Assembly: GCA_030141605.1 (NCBI GenBank)
Contig: JAQGDQ010000018.1
Span: forward strand, 1-64,000
Source: Tubiluchus corallicola
Lineage: Eukaryota; Animalia; Priapulida
DNA length: 64,000 bases
Direction of reading: 5' to 3'
Of this stretch, positions 40,091-52,500 are shown one piece after another; position 1 is the stretch's first letter, and each line of letters opens with the position of its first letter. The notes beneath the pieces were generated by a model. That model saw only the letters and a list, made by a program, of their open reading frames with translations, was not told the DNA's origin and did no database searches. Both the position numbers and the translations under genes were made by a program.

Positions 40091-40976
40091 CGCAAACCAA
40101 CGGCAACACCGCAGCTCTGACGGTACTCTTTTTTACCAAAGACGTTAGGTTTTGGGAAAATTAGGCCTAAAAAGTCTTTTTCGGGTCAGTTGAGCTTTAT
40201 TTGCACAACCAATATCTGTATGAGAAAAAAAATTAATGAAAATTCTTATAATTAAAAAATTAAATAAATTAAAAAAAGAGTGCAAGACTTGAAAGTACAT
40301 TTTATTATAAGTTTACAATATTGTTTTATTTACTATGATAAAAAACAATATTGGCAATATTTTTACAGACTATATAACGTCAGAATCTCTTCAACCTTCT
40401 ATAAAAAAACACTATTAAACAAAACTATAAAATTCTTTGTGACATTTTCTATCGCAAATACGTTGTCTTATTGTGTACACTGCACAGAACTTGCATTAGC
40501 AGTAACACTATTAAATTCAAAAAAGTAAATTTCAGCAATGACCTTATTAGGTGCAGTCATTTTAACAGTCATTTGAAACAAGTTTAGATAACGTCACGTA
40601 AAGTTTGAAGAAATTATCAGAGCATTCGTAGAGCAAAATTTATTGACTAAGCAAAAGTACAAAATTAATGTATCAGTGAAGTTCAACATAATTGGTAAAA
40701 TTAATACGTTAGCAGAAATAGTGCTCTTACATAAAAAGAATTGAGGCATATCCTCGACTGATAATTACAGGGTTATAAATTGAACTTCAGTAATTGGTAT
40801 AGTGTTGAAAACTATAAGGCAACACTAGAAGAATACGATATAGCCTACAGCTACCCGCTAATCTCTCCCGCCATCACTAACATAGATTCCCGAAAGGATG
40901 ATAAAAGCCTATTCAACATGGTAGGTTTAGTTTAGGTAAGGGTTTTTTACCACTCTATAAGATTTATGGCCATGTG

Positions 40977-41382
40977 CAGAAGCGTATCTACCAATAGGCT
41001 AAATGGACTACAGTCTAAGGTGCAAAATCTTGAGGGGCACCAGATATTTTAGGGACGCCAGTGTTAAATATCATATAAAGGGCGTATTTTACAATACACC
41101 ACAAGCAGTTATCGAGTCTGCTTTTACATGAGCACCATAATATTATAACAAACAAGTACAATTATTTCATAAAAAGTACTACACCACAGGCAGTTGTGCA
41201 CTGCCTTAGAGATAAGTGCTGTGCAGTTATGTATGTAATTACCAATAAGCATGCTAATAGGTAATAGCGCTACTGGTATGCCACAAGCAATTGTGTAGTT
41301 TGCTTCATAATTTTATATAAATGTATGGTAGCATTGAACTGTCAGCCAAGGCCCATCGGCATCGTAATTTTATACACCCCTG
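40977..41382. mobile_element. hAT-type MITE
   Basis: Termini CAGAAGCGTAT...ATACACCCCTG are flanked by an 8-bp TSD, GCCATGTG/GCCTTGTG (one mismatch). Three internal CCACA(A/G)GCA(G/A)TT repeats. Confidence 0.65.
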
Positions 41383-41498
41383 GCCTTGTGTGTATTTGCA
41401 CTCTACTGCAGTTAAGAAATTTCAAGATTTAATATTAACTGTCCTATTCGCAAATTATGAAAAGTTACTTTTAAATTTCCGCTTTCTAACAACTTAGT

Positions 41499-41850
41499 GC
41501 CTCTGTGATGTAGTGCGTAATTAGCATATAGCTGTCCAAAAAACAGGTCTTGGGTTCAAGTCACAGGGGTATTGCAGCATTCTGTGGATTTTCTAATTTA
41601 GTGCCATGACTTCCACTTGTCGTCATTGTCAACGTGCTACGTTCCAAAACATTGCACATCCCACCTGTCGATGCCACGCATCTCTGTCCATCCACTGCCA
41701 CTGCCCATGATGCATCATCATCCCTCAAACCTAGAGTTGTATTTGCTAAATCAAAAACAATATATTTATGTGTGAACTGCAGTGTAAATCTTTGAATCCG
41801 GAATGTCAGAATCGAAGCACCTCTGTGGTGTAATGGTTAATATAAGCCAA
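41499..41850 (+). repeat. Two tRNA-derived repeat heads 320 bp apart
   Basis: CCTCTGTGATGTAGTG...TTAGCATA...GGGTTCAAGTCAC (41499-41570) and a truncated CCTCTGTGGTGTAATGGTTAA (41820-41840). Confidence 0.55.
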
Positions 41851-43530
41851 GACTCAAAACACTTACCCAAAACAGTGTATCTAGTATAAACCATATTGAC
41901 TGGCGATAGCGACAAACTTAAAAAGAATTAATGTACAAGTGTCAAAAGCTAGTGTTAATCAAGTTGAAAGATCTGGGGACGGTTACTGATTTTCCACAGC
42001 GCAAGTAGATAGAATGACAACGTGGCCTTTTAATAGATTAAATGAATAAATTGTAGTTCTTTAATTAATAATGTGCTTTATTAATGTTTATCAATGTGCT
42101 TTAAATAAGGTATGTGCATCATGCATTATAACAACAGTGACAGTGACATCGAGCTCTGTCCGAGTCCGAGTTAACATTTAGCAAGTTCTGTTTTATCTCG
42201 CATTTTATCGCGTTGCAGTACCTCCCAATCCCCATGCCCGAAAAAAGAAGGATTCCCGCGTAGTTGTGTTTAAGATTACTTTAACCAAAACTTAATTTGA
42301 TGCTATTCATGTGAGAATGATGTTGATTCATTTATTATTAAATTCTTGTAATCAGTGACTAATGATATGTGTGCCTTAAAAGGGTTTGGGAATCCGTTAG
42401 CACGTTCATTTGTGGAAACTGGAACAATAGCCGAATGAATAGGCTAAGTCCAGTGATATAGAAACAGTCTACTTGCGAATAAGAGAAATCGCATTCACTC
42501 GTTTTTGTTCGTGACGTCTACCCTGGTTAATCAATAATACACGATAAGTTTAACATTCGGAGTACTGTACTCGAGACACTTAATTCGCCTATGCCTATTT
42601 CTAATATAATAATGCTCGTAGTAGTATGACCTCAGCACAGTTACAGTAACTAGCAACTATTGCCAGCAGATGTTGCTAAACACTGACAATGGAGAAACGA
42701 ATATAGTTAAATAGACTGAAGTTATCGAGTACAAAAAATTTCTGTTATTTCAGCCACTTAACCTTTGAGATTTATTATGTATTGTACTGTAGTCTGTACC
42801 ACTACTAGTACTAGTACTAATTAAGTAATACTAGAATAAAAAGTATAGTATAGGTATAATAATTTTTTAAAAGAAGTAAGAAAGTATTTAACTGAGATTC
42901 TAGTCCTCTATAGACAATTATGACGGTCGCATGTATTAAATTTATTAAACGGTTACATAACATCTCCGTAAAGAAAATAATTCGTTTACATCTAATGAAT
43001 TGTTAAACATATATAAGCTAAGCAAAAATTCAAATAGCTGCATGCAATTGATGCAACACGAAATAAACCAACAAAAGGCAAGAAAAATTATAAAATTAAA
43101 AAACGAAAGCAAAAATAAGTAACAGTAACCTGTTATAAGCATTTTACCATTACATTAATGTGAGTGAGTTGTATGTTGCATAGACATAGTTGATATTAAT
43201 GCTATGTTAATATGACTTATAATGACATGTAACAATGAAATTAATACAGACCTACATTAATATAAAATTTACAATTAAAAAATGTACAAGCACTATCTTA
43301 GAAACTTGTTACTAATATATATACTGCTTTTTGGACTTACAAGCAAATTTGATTTTGAAACCTAATAATATAAAATTACAAATTTTTGTTAGCATGTTAT
43401 ATCAGTTTTAGACATGTCCATAACATTTACGTATGGTTACGTAAGCAGCTGTAAGTGTACAATATTAGGTGGCGAGTGCATTTTTATGTGCATTTAATGT
43501 TAAAATTTACTGATTTTCAATTTCCAGACA

Positions 43531-46500
43531 ATGTCCCAGGGTACGGAGAAAACTGAGCCAGCTGCAAACAGGGAACTTTTTAAAGGAATCAAGTATTATC
43601 TAATTGGCAAGATACGTGATGAGGTAATAATTAATAATCATTTTTCTTCATTTTTGATAGTTCGTAATTTCAGGCTTTAGCAGTTTTTTATTGAAAAAGG
43701 TGTAAGCAGTTAATAATAGTTGCTTATGTCCAATTTATCATAATTATTGTAAATATTATATTTTTTAATAATGCATGTAAATAGTTTTAAGAAATTGTAT
43801 GCAGTGCCTTCATATTTTAAAGTTTAAAATTGGTAAAAACAACAATCACAATATTTTAAGTCATAACTGTCACACAAATTATGCTATTAATAATTACTTT
43901 ACATTATGTAAAGACTTATGAGGCTTATGCCAATATTTCACCCTTGTTTAGGCAGGCCTACTTTTAATACCGGTAATTTATTTTTATTTGATTGTCGCAT
44001 ATGCTAAAAAACCTTTAGACAACATTTTAAGTAATGAATTTTAATGTTGTAGGTGACGAAGCTTCTAAATGATGGAGGAGGAAAACGAGAGTCTTATCTC
44101 ACTGTCATGGTGACACATGTTATAGCTGAAAATGCCGATAACACTGAGGTGTCTGAAGCAAAAGAGCTTTTTGAACTACCAGTCGTTACTGTACGTTTAG
44201 ACAGGTGCCATTTGTAATAGTAATCGGCCTACTATGATTTTTTGGCTGTATACAATCAAACCTCTATATCGCCCACTTTGTTACAGAAAAAAAGCTAGCG
44301 TTATAATGAGGTGTGTTAATTTTTGCCATAGACAAACCACAAAACGGTCTGTTAGAGTCTTCGATTTTCACTCTAAATGTTAGAGAATTAAAAGAAGATT
44401 ATTAAATTAATCATTTGAGAATTAATGACTCACTGAGAATCAGTCATATTATTAAGAACTTTTTGTTTACATTTTAATGGTGTCTTGAACAAAATAAAGT
44501 ATTCAACCAAATTATGGCAGATTTTAAGACTGCAGTGTTTTTCACGAAGAGTAGAGATGACATGTCTGAGCATCACGTTTGACAGTAATTCTACAATAAT
44601 AAAGACTATAGATAATCAAATTATTTTGTAACGATTTTTTTCTGCCGATGTCTAACAACATAAAATAATCTGTTAGTCAAAGACTTCCTTGAGGTACTTT
44701 TACCTACACTCCATAAGTCTGTGCAACGTGGATGACAAAAAACCACATTTGTCTAAGCCACATCATGCGTTGTTAGCGAAACTACGTTCTGTCAAAGTAA
44801 TACGAGAAACCTTGGCATTTTTGTTGAAACTAGCAGTTAAAATTGCAATGCAATGCGTGCTTTTGCATAGGATTTCATGAGTTAGACACGTACTGAAACT
44901 GAATATGACAACGTCGGCATATTTCAAGTAGGGCAAAATTGTCAAATTTTTCAGGATTTTGCCGAAAAATTGAAATATAAATGAGCGTATAATGCTTTTA
45001 TAATAAAGCGCTACCGAACCGCCTCTGTAACCAAAGCTGAAGCGGATTTTTTTTAAAAAGTCTCTGCCGAATCCGGTTGGATCTAAAATAACTTTGAACT
45101 TCAGTGAATCGAATCAGATCAAAGCCCTGATTCGGATTCGGGTTCAAAGCTTTGGTTCTGTCAGAGCTTCGTGAATTCTCTAACTGGATATGCTGACTTC
45201 TATGCATGTAAAATACCTAAGGTTTGGAATAATCCCCGAGCATCTAATGTGAGGCTTGCAAGATCTTTGAATCAGTTCAAGGCACAGCAAGACGAACATT
45301 ATAGATATCATCCGTTAAATTTGATCCAAAAGCTTCTACTACACTTCCACTTCGTTATTTGTCAGACTATTTTGTTTACAGATAATCTAGTTAATATTGT
45401 TTTTGTATGATTGTGTGCCACTAAGTGTTTGTTGTACTATGAACTTCTATAGTTCTTTGAACTACTTGAAGTAAATATACTACTACTGCTACTGCAGTTG
45501 CTACTGCTACTGTTACTGCTGCTGCTATTGCTACTGCTGCTGCTGCTGTTATGGCGGCGGTCACTACTACTACTATTTTTTGGTCATTAGTGGGTTTTCT
45601 TAACTGTAAGTTACTTCATAGAATGTGAAAAATCATTTTAGTAAGAATGGTTATTACGTATCGCAATTTGCTAGTATTATAGATTTCAACTTACATTATA
45701 GATTTTGATGATAATAATAGTTCATTGCTGAATAACAGCATGTGGAAAACATTCGTAACAGTGACCATATTTCAGAAATTTAACTTTTGTAGAACCTAAT
45801 AAGCCAATCACTTTATTTGAATTGTGCATTTTCATATAAATGTGTTATTTCTTGCATTACAGGACCAGTGGGTTATCTTGTCTGCAAAATGTGGCTGCCA
45901 GCTTCCGTATCCTTTTCGTTTTAAAAACTATTTATCAGAGAATTGTGCAAATTGATGACCATCTACATCTAAATATTCATATGGCACTTGATTAGAAAAG
46001 TGATTTTGTTTTCCTGTTTGGACCTCACCATTTTTTATCTGCACTTGTCAACTGAAATGACTAGTTTATGATGTAGACCAATTAGCCCTGCAAATTGTCT
46101 GAACAAACATGTTGCAAACGGATGCAACTTTGGCTAAGTTTACAGAGTTTATACAAGTAGTTTATTTAATTCGACCAACTTATGTACCATCCACCTTTCT
46201 TTACAAATTTTCTTTTTTCTGCTTGTCATTTACATTAAACAAGGTGGACAGTTTATGTATTTTGTTCCACCATGCTTGCATCTGTAGATTTTTGTCTAAT
46301 GTACAAGATAATATTACATTTTATTACAAGTGTCAACTGTTAACCTTCCGCAATTGTCTCTATCCCTTTTTAGTTTTAACACATTTTTTTACTTCTTTGT
46401 CTGTATGAAGCTATGACAAGAATGGTAGTCACTGCTACTGATTAAAAGAATTACTTTTATTACCTTGACCAAATTTCACTTAGATTGACAGCATTCAATC

Positions 46501-49500
46501 CAGACAGCAGTTTGCTGTTTTATGGAGTGGTGGCATGCCTATCTCAGGTAAGACCTAGATATTAAAACAAATATGTGAAATGATGTAGGTAAAGATTAGA
46601 CACTTGTTATGAAAAGTATCTATGTCTTCTTAGTGAAAATTTTCTTGTTTTCTGTTTTAGCTGAAAGCTAAAGATCGCAATTGTTTGTGGGCCATGTTAA
46701 CATACTATGGTGGACAAATGCAAATGAAGTTTGACAAAAATGTTACACATTTGATTGTTACTGAACCGTCTGGGGTAAGATTTTCTCAATTTTACTGTTA
46801 GTCGCTATTTACAAGCTCGCAAAATGGGCATCAATTTTTTGGCATAATGCTTAATACTCTAACAATTTTTGAAGGTTATGTCAATGTAATGTCTTTACGT
46901 TTTAGGCTAAATATGAAGCAGCAACAAAAAGATCTGATGCTGTAAAGGTAGTTATGCCAGACTGGTTGCAAGATTCAATTAAGCATAAAAAACGCTTGGA
47001 GGAGACTTTATACCATCCACGATTAATCAAAGCTCCCACTCCGCCAAAACCACCAACACCAATTCCACCCCCACCTGAGTCCATTGCCAGTAGTATCCCT
47101 TCGCTAAAATTTTCTCAACCATGTGTAACCACTGGACAGTCAAAACAGCGAAAAACTCCGCTGTCTCATGACCTGCACACCAGCCCCACTATTCGTAATC
47201 AGGGACCTCGGCAGCCTCAGTCAGCTTTCATACCCAATGTACCAATGCGTGTTGCTCATCAGAAAGCTATGCAGCAAGTTGCAGGAATGCACTTTTCATC
47301 AGAGCCGTCACCCATTGCGGCACAGCCATTTCCTCAGCAACAGCACAGTCCACGTCGAAGTGTAGCTAGATCCAATGTTGCCCAAATGCAAATGTATCAG
47401 TCAATGCCGTCACCTTCACCCAAGCAACAACAACAACCATTCGCAAAGCGAATGCCAACTCCACCAAGAATGTCACCAGCTAGGATGGCACATATGCAAA
47501 ATTATCAGATGCAGAATCCTAACTTATCACAAGTGGGTCACGCTGCAGTTCCTATCTCAGGTATTTCCGCTGCTGGTATTAATGTGCAGATGCAGGGTAC
47601 GAAAATACAGCATGTGCGCCCACAGTTGCCCATACCTGCACAAGGTCAGAGTTCCCATAGGAATTTCCAAACTATGCAACAAGCGGCAATTGGCTTCCAG
47701 GGTGTTGGAATTATGCACGGTAGTGGAATAGGCATGCAAGGACAGATGATTCCTAACCAAGCAATGTCTGGATCAATACCTAGTGATGTCAGTTTGCAAG
47801 GTAGTTCTGCAAGCAGTTTGAATCTTCACCAGTCCATTGGTTCTCCTCCAGGGATGTTGTCCCCTCATAATATGGGAACTCCAATGCCAAATCATCCAAC
47901 CTTCAGCCATCAGCAAGCTGCCACTCATCTGGCGGGTAATATGAGCTCAACACCAAGTTCTTTGATTAGCCTTACTAATCTACAGCAAAATATGGCTGGT
48001 GCTGCAGCTATGAGCTTGGCCAATCAAGCAATGAGAAGTTCTATGGGCATAAACTCCATTGGAAACACAGTATCAGCTCAGCAGCAGATTAATATCGTGC
48101 AGAATGTAGATGGTATATCATCTGGAAATATGGTTTCTGCATCACTGCAAGACAAAAGTGCACCAACAGCCAAATCTGCACTGGTTCGTCTTATTAACAA
48201 TAGACTGCACAGTAACAGTCAACCAGATGCTGCTGATAATAACTTGCATCGACTGCAAACCATGATGGGACATCAAGGTCCCATGCATCAGATGAATGTT
48301 AGTTCTCTGTCTCCACGTGCTATTCGTAATATTCCTGGCAATACTCACATGCCATGGCAGGATGTGGCTGCTCAGACTCCACATCCAGTCCAGCAGAATA
48401 TTTATCCAAGTAGCGTGAATCAGTTGGTTACAGCTATGAATCGTTCTCGTCAACAAGAGAAACAGGTACAAGCAGCACAGCAAATAGAGACAGTGCATTA
48501 TTTTGGACATAATCCACAAATACATGTTCCGCCAGAGTTATGTCTGCTTGGTTGTGTGTTTGTGATTGTTGATTATGAACACTTGCTTGATGCTGAGATT
48601 GTTAATACTTGGAAGGAGGTAATTGAACATCATGGTGGTGAAGTGGTACCAGGATACCTGGCTAGATGTACTCATATACTGTGCGACAATCAGAAAAGCG
48701 CGGTTTACCAACAGGTAAAAGGAATTTCTCTTTACATATTTTAAAATTAGAGCACCCTGGAGAAAAGCAGATCTTTCCTGGAATGTAAAAGAGTAATTGT
48801 GAAGTGAAATTATGGCCGGTCTGACAGTTAATATACTGAATATTGAATTCAATGGTTTTAAATTTTATAATTAAAAAAACTAGTGCCTAGTTTTGCTTTA
48901 TTTTTCTGCAGAAAGTTTTTAAGACTTTTCATAGTTTACACATTTCTTTGCAATAAAGATGAACACCTTGGTGTATCAGCCGTTGTAATAGTAACTGTAA
49001 CAAGTAAACAGAGTTCTTATTTACCTGGCCAGCAGCAGTGGGCACATCATTGGTTGAAGGTGCACCCTATCTAAAGCAACATCCAATTCTTAGTTCACCC
49101 ATGAGAACCAGAGGTTCTGGTTTCTAAGGTAAGCTAATAGGAATGAGAGAAGTAACAAAGACTGGTTTAAGACTAAAAAACCTACAAACACTTTACTTCC
49201 TACAAACTTGCAAAGACAAATTTTAGGTCACCAATCTTGCTTTTTGTGAAACCGTCAATGAATTACGGATCCAGCCTAAATAAATTTGCCTACCCTTAAA
49301 AATCAGACTAAAACTCACCTGACACTGAACTACTATTTGTCATGATTTGGAATATGTAATCAAATGCACTTATTGTTCCTTTCAGGCTGTGAGAGAGGGA
49401 AAGAGGTGTGTGACAGCTCACTGGCTAAACGACTGTCTTATAGCAAAGAAAATGCAACCACCTTGGCTGACTTTACACATACCAGTTCCATTTGCTGAAG

Positions 49501-52500
49501 ACAAACCTCTCAAGAACCATGTAAGATTTAAAATTTAAAATTTTTACTAAATTCCTTTGCCAACTGATTCACATAAAAGTGGTAGACAGATGGAACAAGA
49601 TGTTACTAAATATTTTGTTTGTTTTTGTAAAAATATTATTTTACTAGTTCCATTTTTATACACTATATTTTGATTTATTTTAAAGTTTTTTTTTTAATTG
49701 CATCAGCTTTGTATGACAAAAAAGTTACATTTATCCTTGTGTAGCATCATTTGATACAGCCATGCCTGCAATAAAGCTAGATACTCAAGATTTGTTTATG
49801 TATCCGTGAAATGCTGCGAATTGGCTCAGTAATCTCAAACTAAATCTTATGAACATTATGCATTTTTGACAAAGCGGTTTTTCTGTAGTAACTTAAAATG
49901 GGGACAACAAATTAATTAATATGATTTTTTTCCTTTTCTCAAATTTTAGTTTGTTGCCAATATTTTGCCATTTATAATATTTTCAAAAATAGAGTAGAAC
50001 AAATAGAATTAAAGGCCACGCGAAATATTTATGATGGAAGTCAAGTTATACAGCAATGATAGCTGATTTCTAACATGAAATTGTCTGTGTTGCCTCTGTT
50101 GCAATTGTTGTTGCTGCTTTTTTGTCGTTGGCAGTGCTGTTATATTAATTGTATTAGTTTTGATCACTCTTTTCATTGTGTCACTGTCGTGATTAGCACT
50201 GATGAAGATGATGATGATGCAAAGCCTGGATTTTTTAAAGTCCAGTAAGTGAAAAACAAAATGACCACTTGCTTTCCGACGAAGGTGTAGTAGAATGATG
50301 AAAGACTTGTTCATTTCTAAAAGTTATGAAACTTCGAACAATAGATGTGTTGATTGTGATGGCACAGTTTGCAATGCACTGTTCACTTTCAAACTTCATA
50401 TTTCGGTCTCCAGTTTCTGAGTGTCCATTGAATTTCTTGGAAGAAAGCAGCAAAATATTAAGGCATATCTTCCTTGTTTTTGCTTTTCTTTTATATCTTT
50501 TAAATGGTTAATAGTGTTTCTTCATAATACATTGCTTTCTTCTTACACTTAACTACGTTACATTAATATGCTGAATACATAAGAATTATGCCTAATAAGT
50601 GTACTATTATATGGCAAGAAAAATGATATCCTCCTATTAACAGGCTAGGTTACCTGTAGAGACTACCTACCAAATTCCATTTTGCCACTGTCTGGAGTGT
50701 TTGGCATGCAAGCTCGGGCCAAGTAACATACTCAAGGTCATTCTAGCCATGACTGCCCTCTGATTTAAATGTAATTTTCCCCATATTGCAAGTCGGACTG
50801 TAAAGCTTCTTTAACTAAAAATTTTGCTTAGGCCTTTCTGGGCAAAATACTGATTTTACGTTCGTTTTTACATAATATAAAGTCTTATCTTGTATTGAAC
50901 TCATCCTCCCAGTAATAGCTATCTGTAGATGATGGTAATGTAAAAAGATATGCAATGTGTGCAGATAACAAACTTACTGCAGCATGTGGGCGTGTATAAT
51001 TAACCCACAGAAGATATTTGATGTAAAAAGATCATTTTTTTCAGATATTTGCTAAAACTATCGGGTAAGGTGATTTCTTTATTCTTAATACAAAATATTG
51101 GCAAACTTAAGAAGCTAAATTTAATTTTTATGTTAACTAATTTGTTGCATATTATGAGCCTTTTTTTACAATAAACACATATTTTCAAGAAATATGGTAT
51201 TGGAAGCATCTGATGCCTAAGGTATTCAATCTTAAAATTCCAAGGATAAGAATCTGGAAGAACCAACTCCAATGCACATTTTCTTAAAACACTCTAACGT
51301 TATGAATCATGATTAAATTTTCTGCTACTTTTGTTTTTGCCATGCTTTTAAATAAAAAAATGAAAAATTGCATTGTATTGCCCATGGAAAAATTGCTTTG
51401 TCAAAAATGTTACACGATGTAATGTAACATTTCCAAATATAAAAAGTTGTTCTGAAAAATTGGGGTGAGCGTTGAACATTCGAATCAAATTCAAGTTGAA
51501 CAGGTTTTTTTTATTCAAATTCAATTTGAACCTAAAATTCTGAATTCCAGTAATTCACAACTTCAACTACGTATGTTTTTTATCATACACTAAAACGTTT
51601 AGAGCAGTATGTAATTAGCAAAATTTAGCTGTTTTTTCTGTGCACAATTTTTAATAAAATAATAGTGTTTTACTGCGGAACAAAATTAAGCAATGTGCAT
51701 GTTCTGTGCCAGACTGCCATTTATTAATGATTCGAAATTTTTCAAAACTCAATTTGAATTCAATTCGGATTAGGAATCTTGAAATTCGGTTTGATTCCAG
51801 TTTGAAAATCAAAAATTCGATTCGAATTCACTTTCTGATAGAGAATGCTCACCCCTACTGAAAAAAATGGCCTGCTGTGGGTTTATGTATTGTGATACAG
51901 TTATTGCGCAAACATGAAATTTGTTACAGGGCTTTCAAAGTTAAATTGTTGCTATGTGTTGCATTTTTGGCAACTCTGTGATATTTTTGTAGATGGTGTG
52001 TATGTCAAACTTTGAAAATGAGGATCGAACACGGATTAGAAACATGTTGGCCATTCTTGGTGCAAAATATACTGGTTACTTGACTAGGGAGAACTCCATA
52101 CTAATATGTCGACAGTATGTAAACATATTATTAGATGTAAATTAAATATAATTTTGTTACTTGATGCCATTTGCCAAACATTAGTGAGAAAAACAATGTT
52201 TTATAGTTTGAACATGCCATATTTGGTAAACTAATGCTATTATCTATATAATATTATGTCACTTGTGCATCTTTCAGATTTTCTAATGGCACGTTCAGAC
52301 ATAGACTTCTCTGGCAACTTGTTGTGCAACTTCTCTCTGAGAGTAAAATTGCAGCATATGAACTGTTCTGCAACTTCTCTTGCAACTTGTTTCAGCATGT
52401 GAATGGTTGCCTTGTTGCAGCGTATAAAAATGGCTTGGCAACTTCTCTCGGGAGAGAAATTGTACAACAAGTTGCAAGAGAAGTTTCTATGTCTGAATGT

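Noticed and set aside
44251-45150. Pogo-like terminus (TACAATCAAACCTCTATA) and CCGAAT/TTCGG repeats in PAXIP1 intron 2
   Set aside because: Probably TE debris, but no matching second end or TSD could be established.
46902-48852. Overlapping and antisense ORFs within the large PAXIP1 exon
   Set aside because: Shadow frames of a long coding exon, with no independent motifs or splice support.
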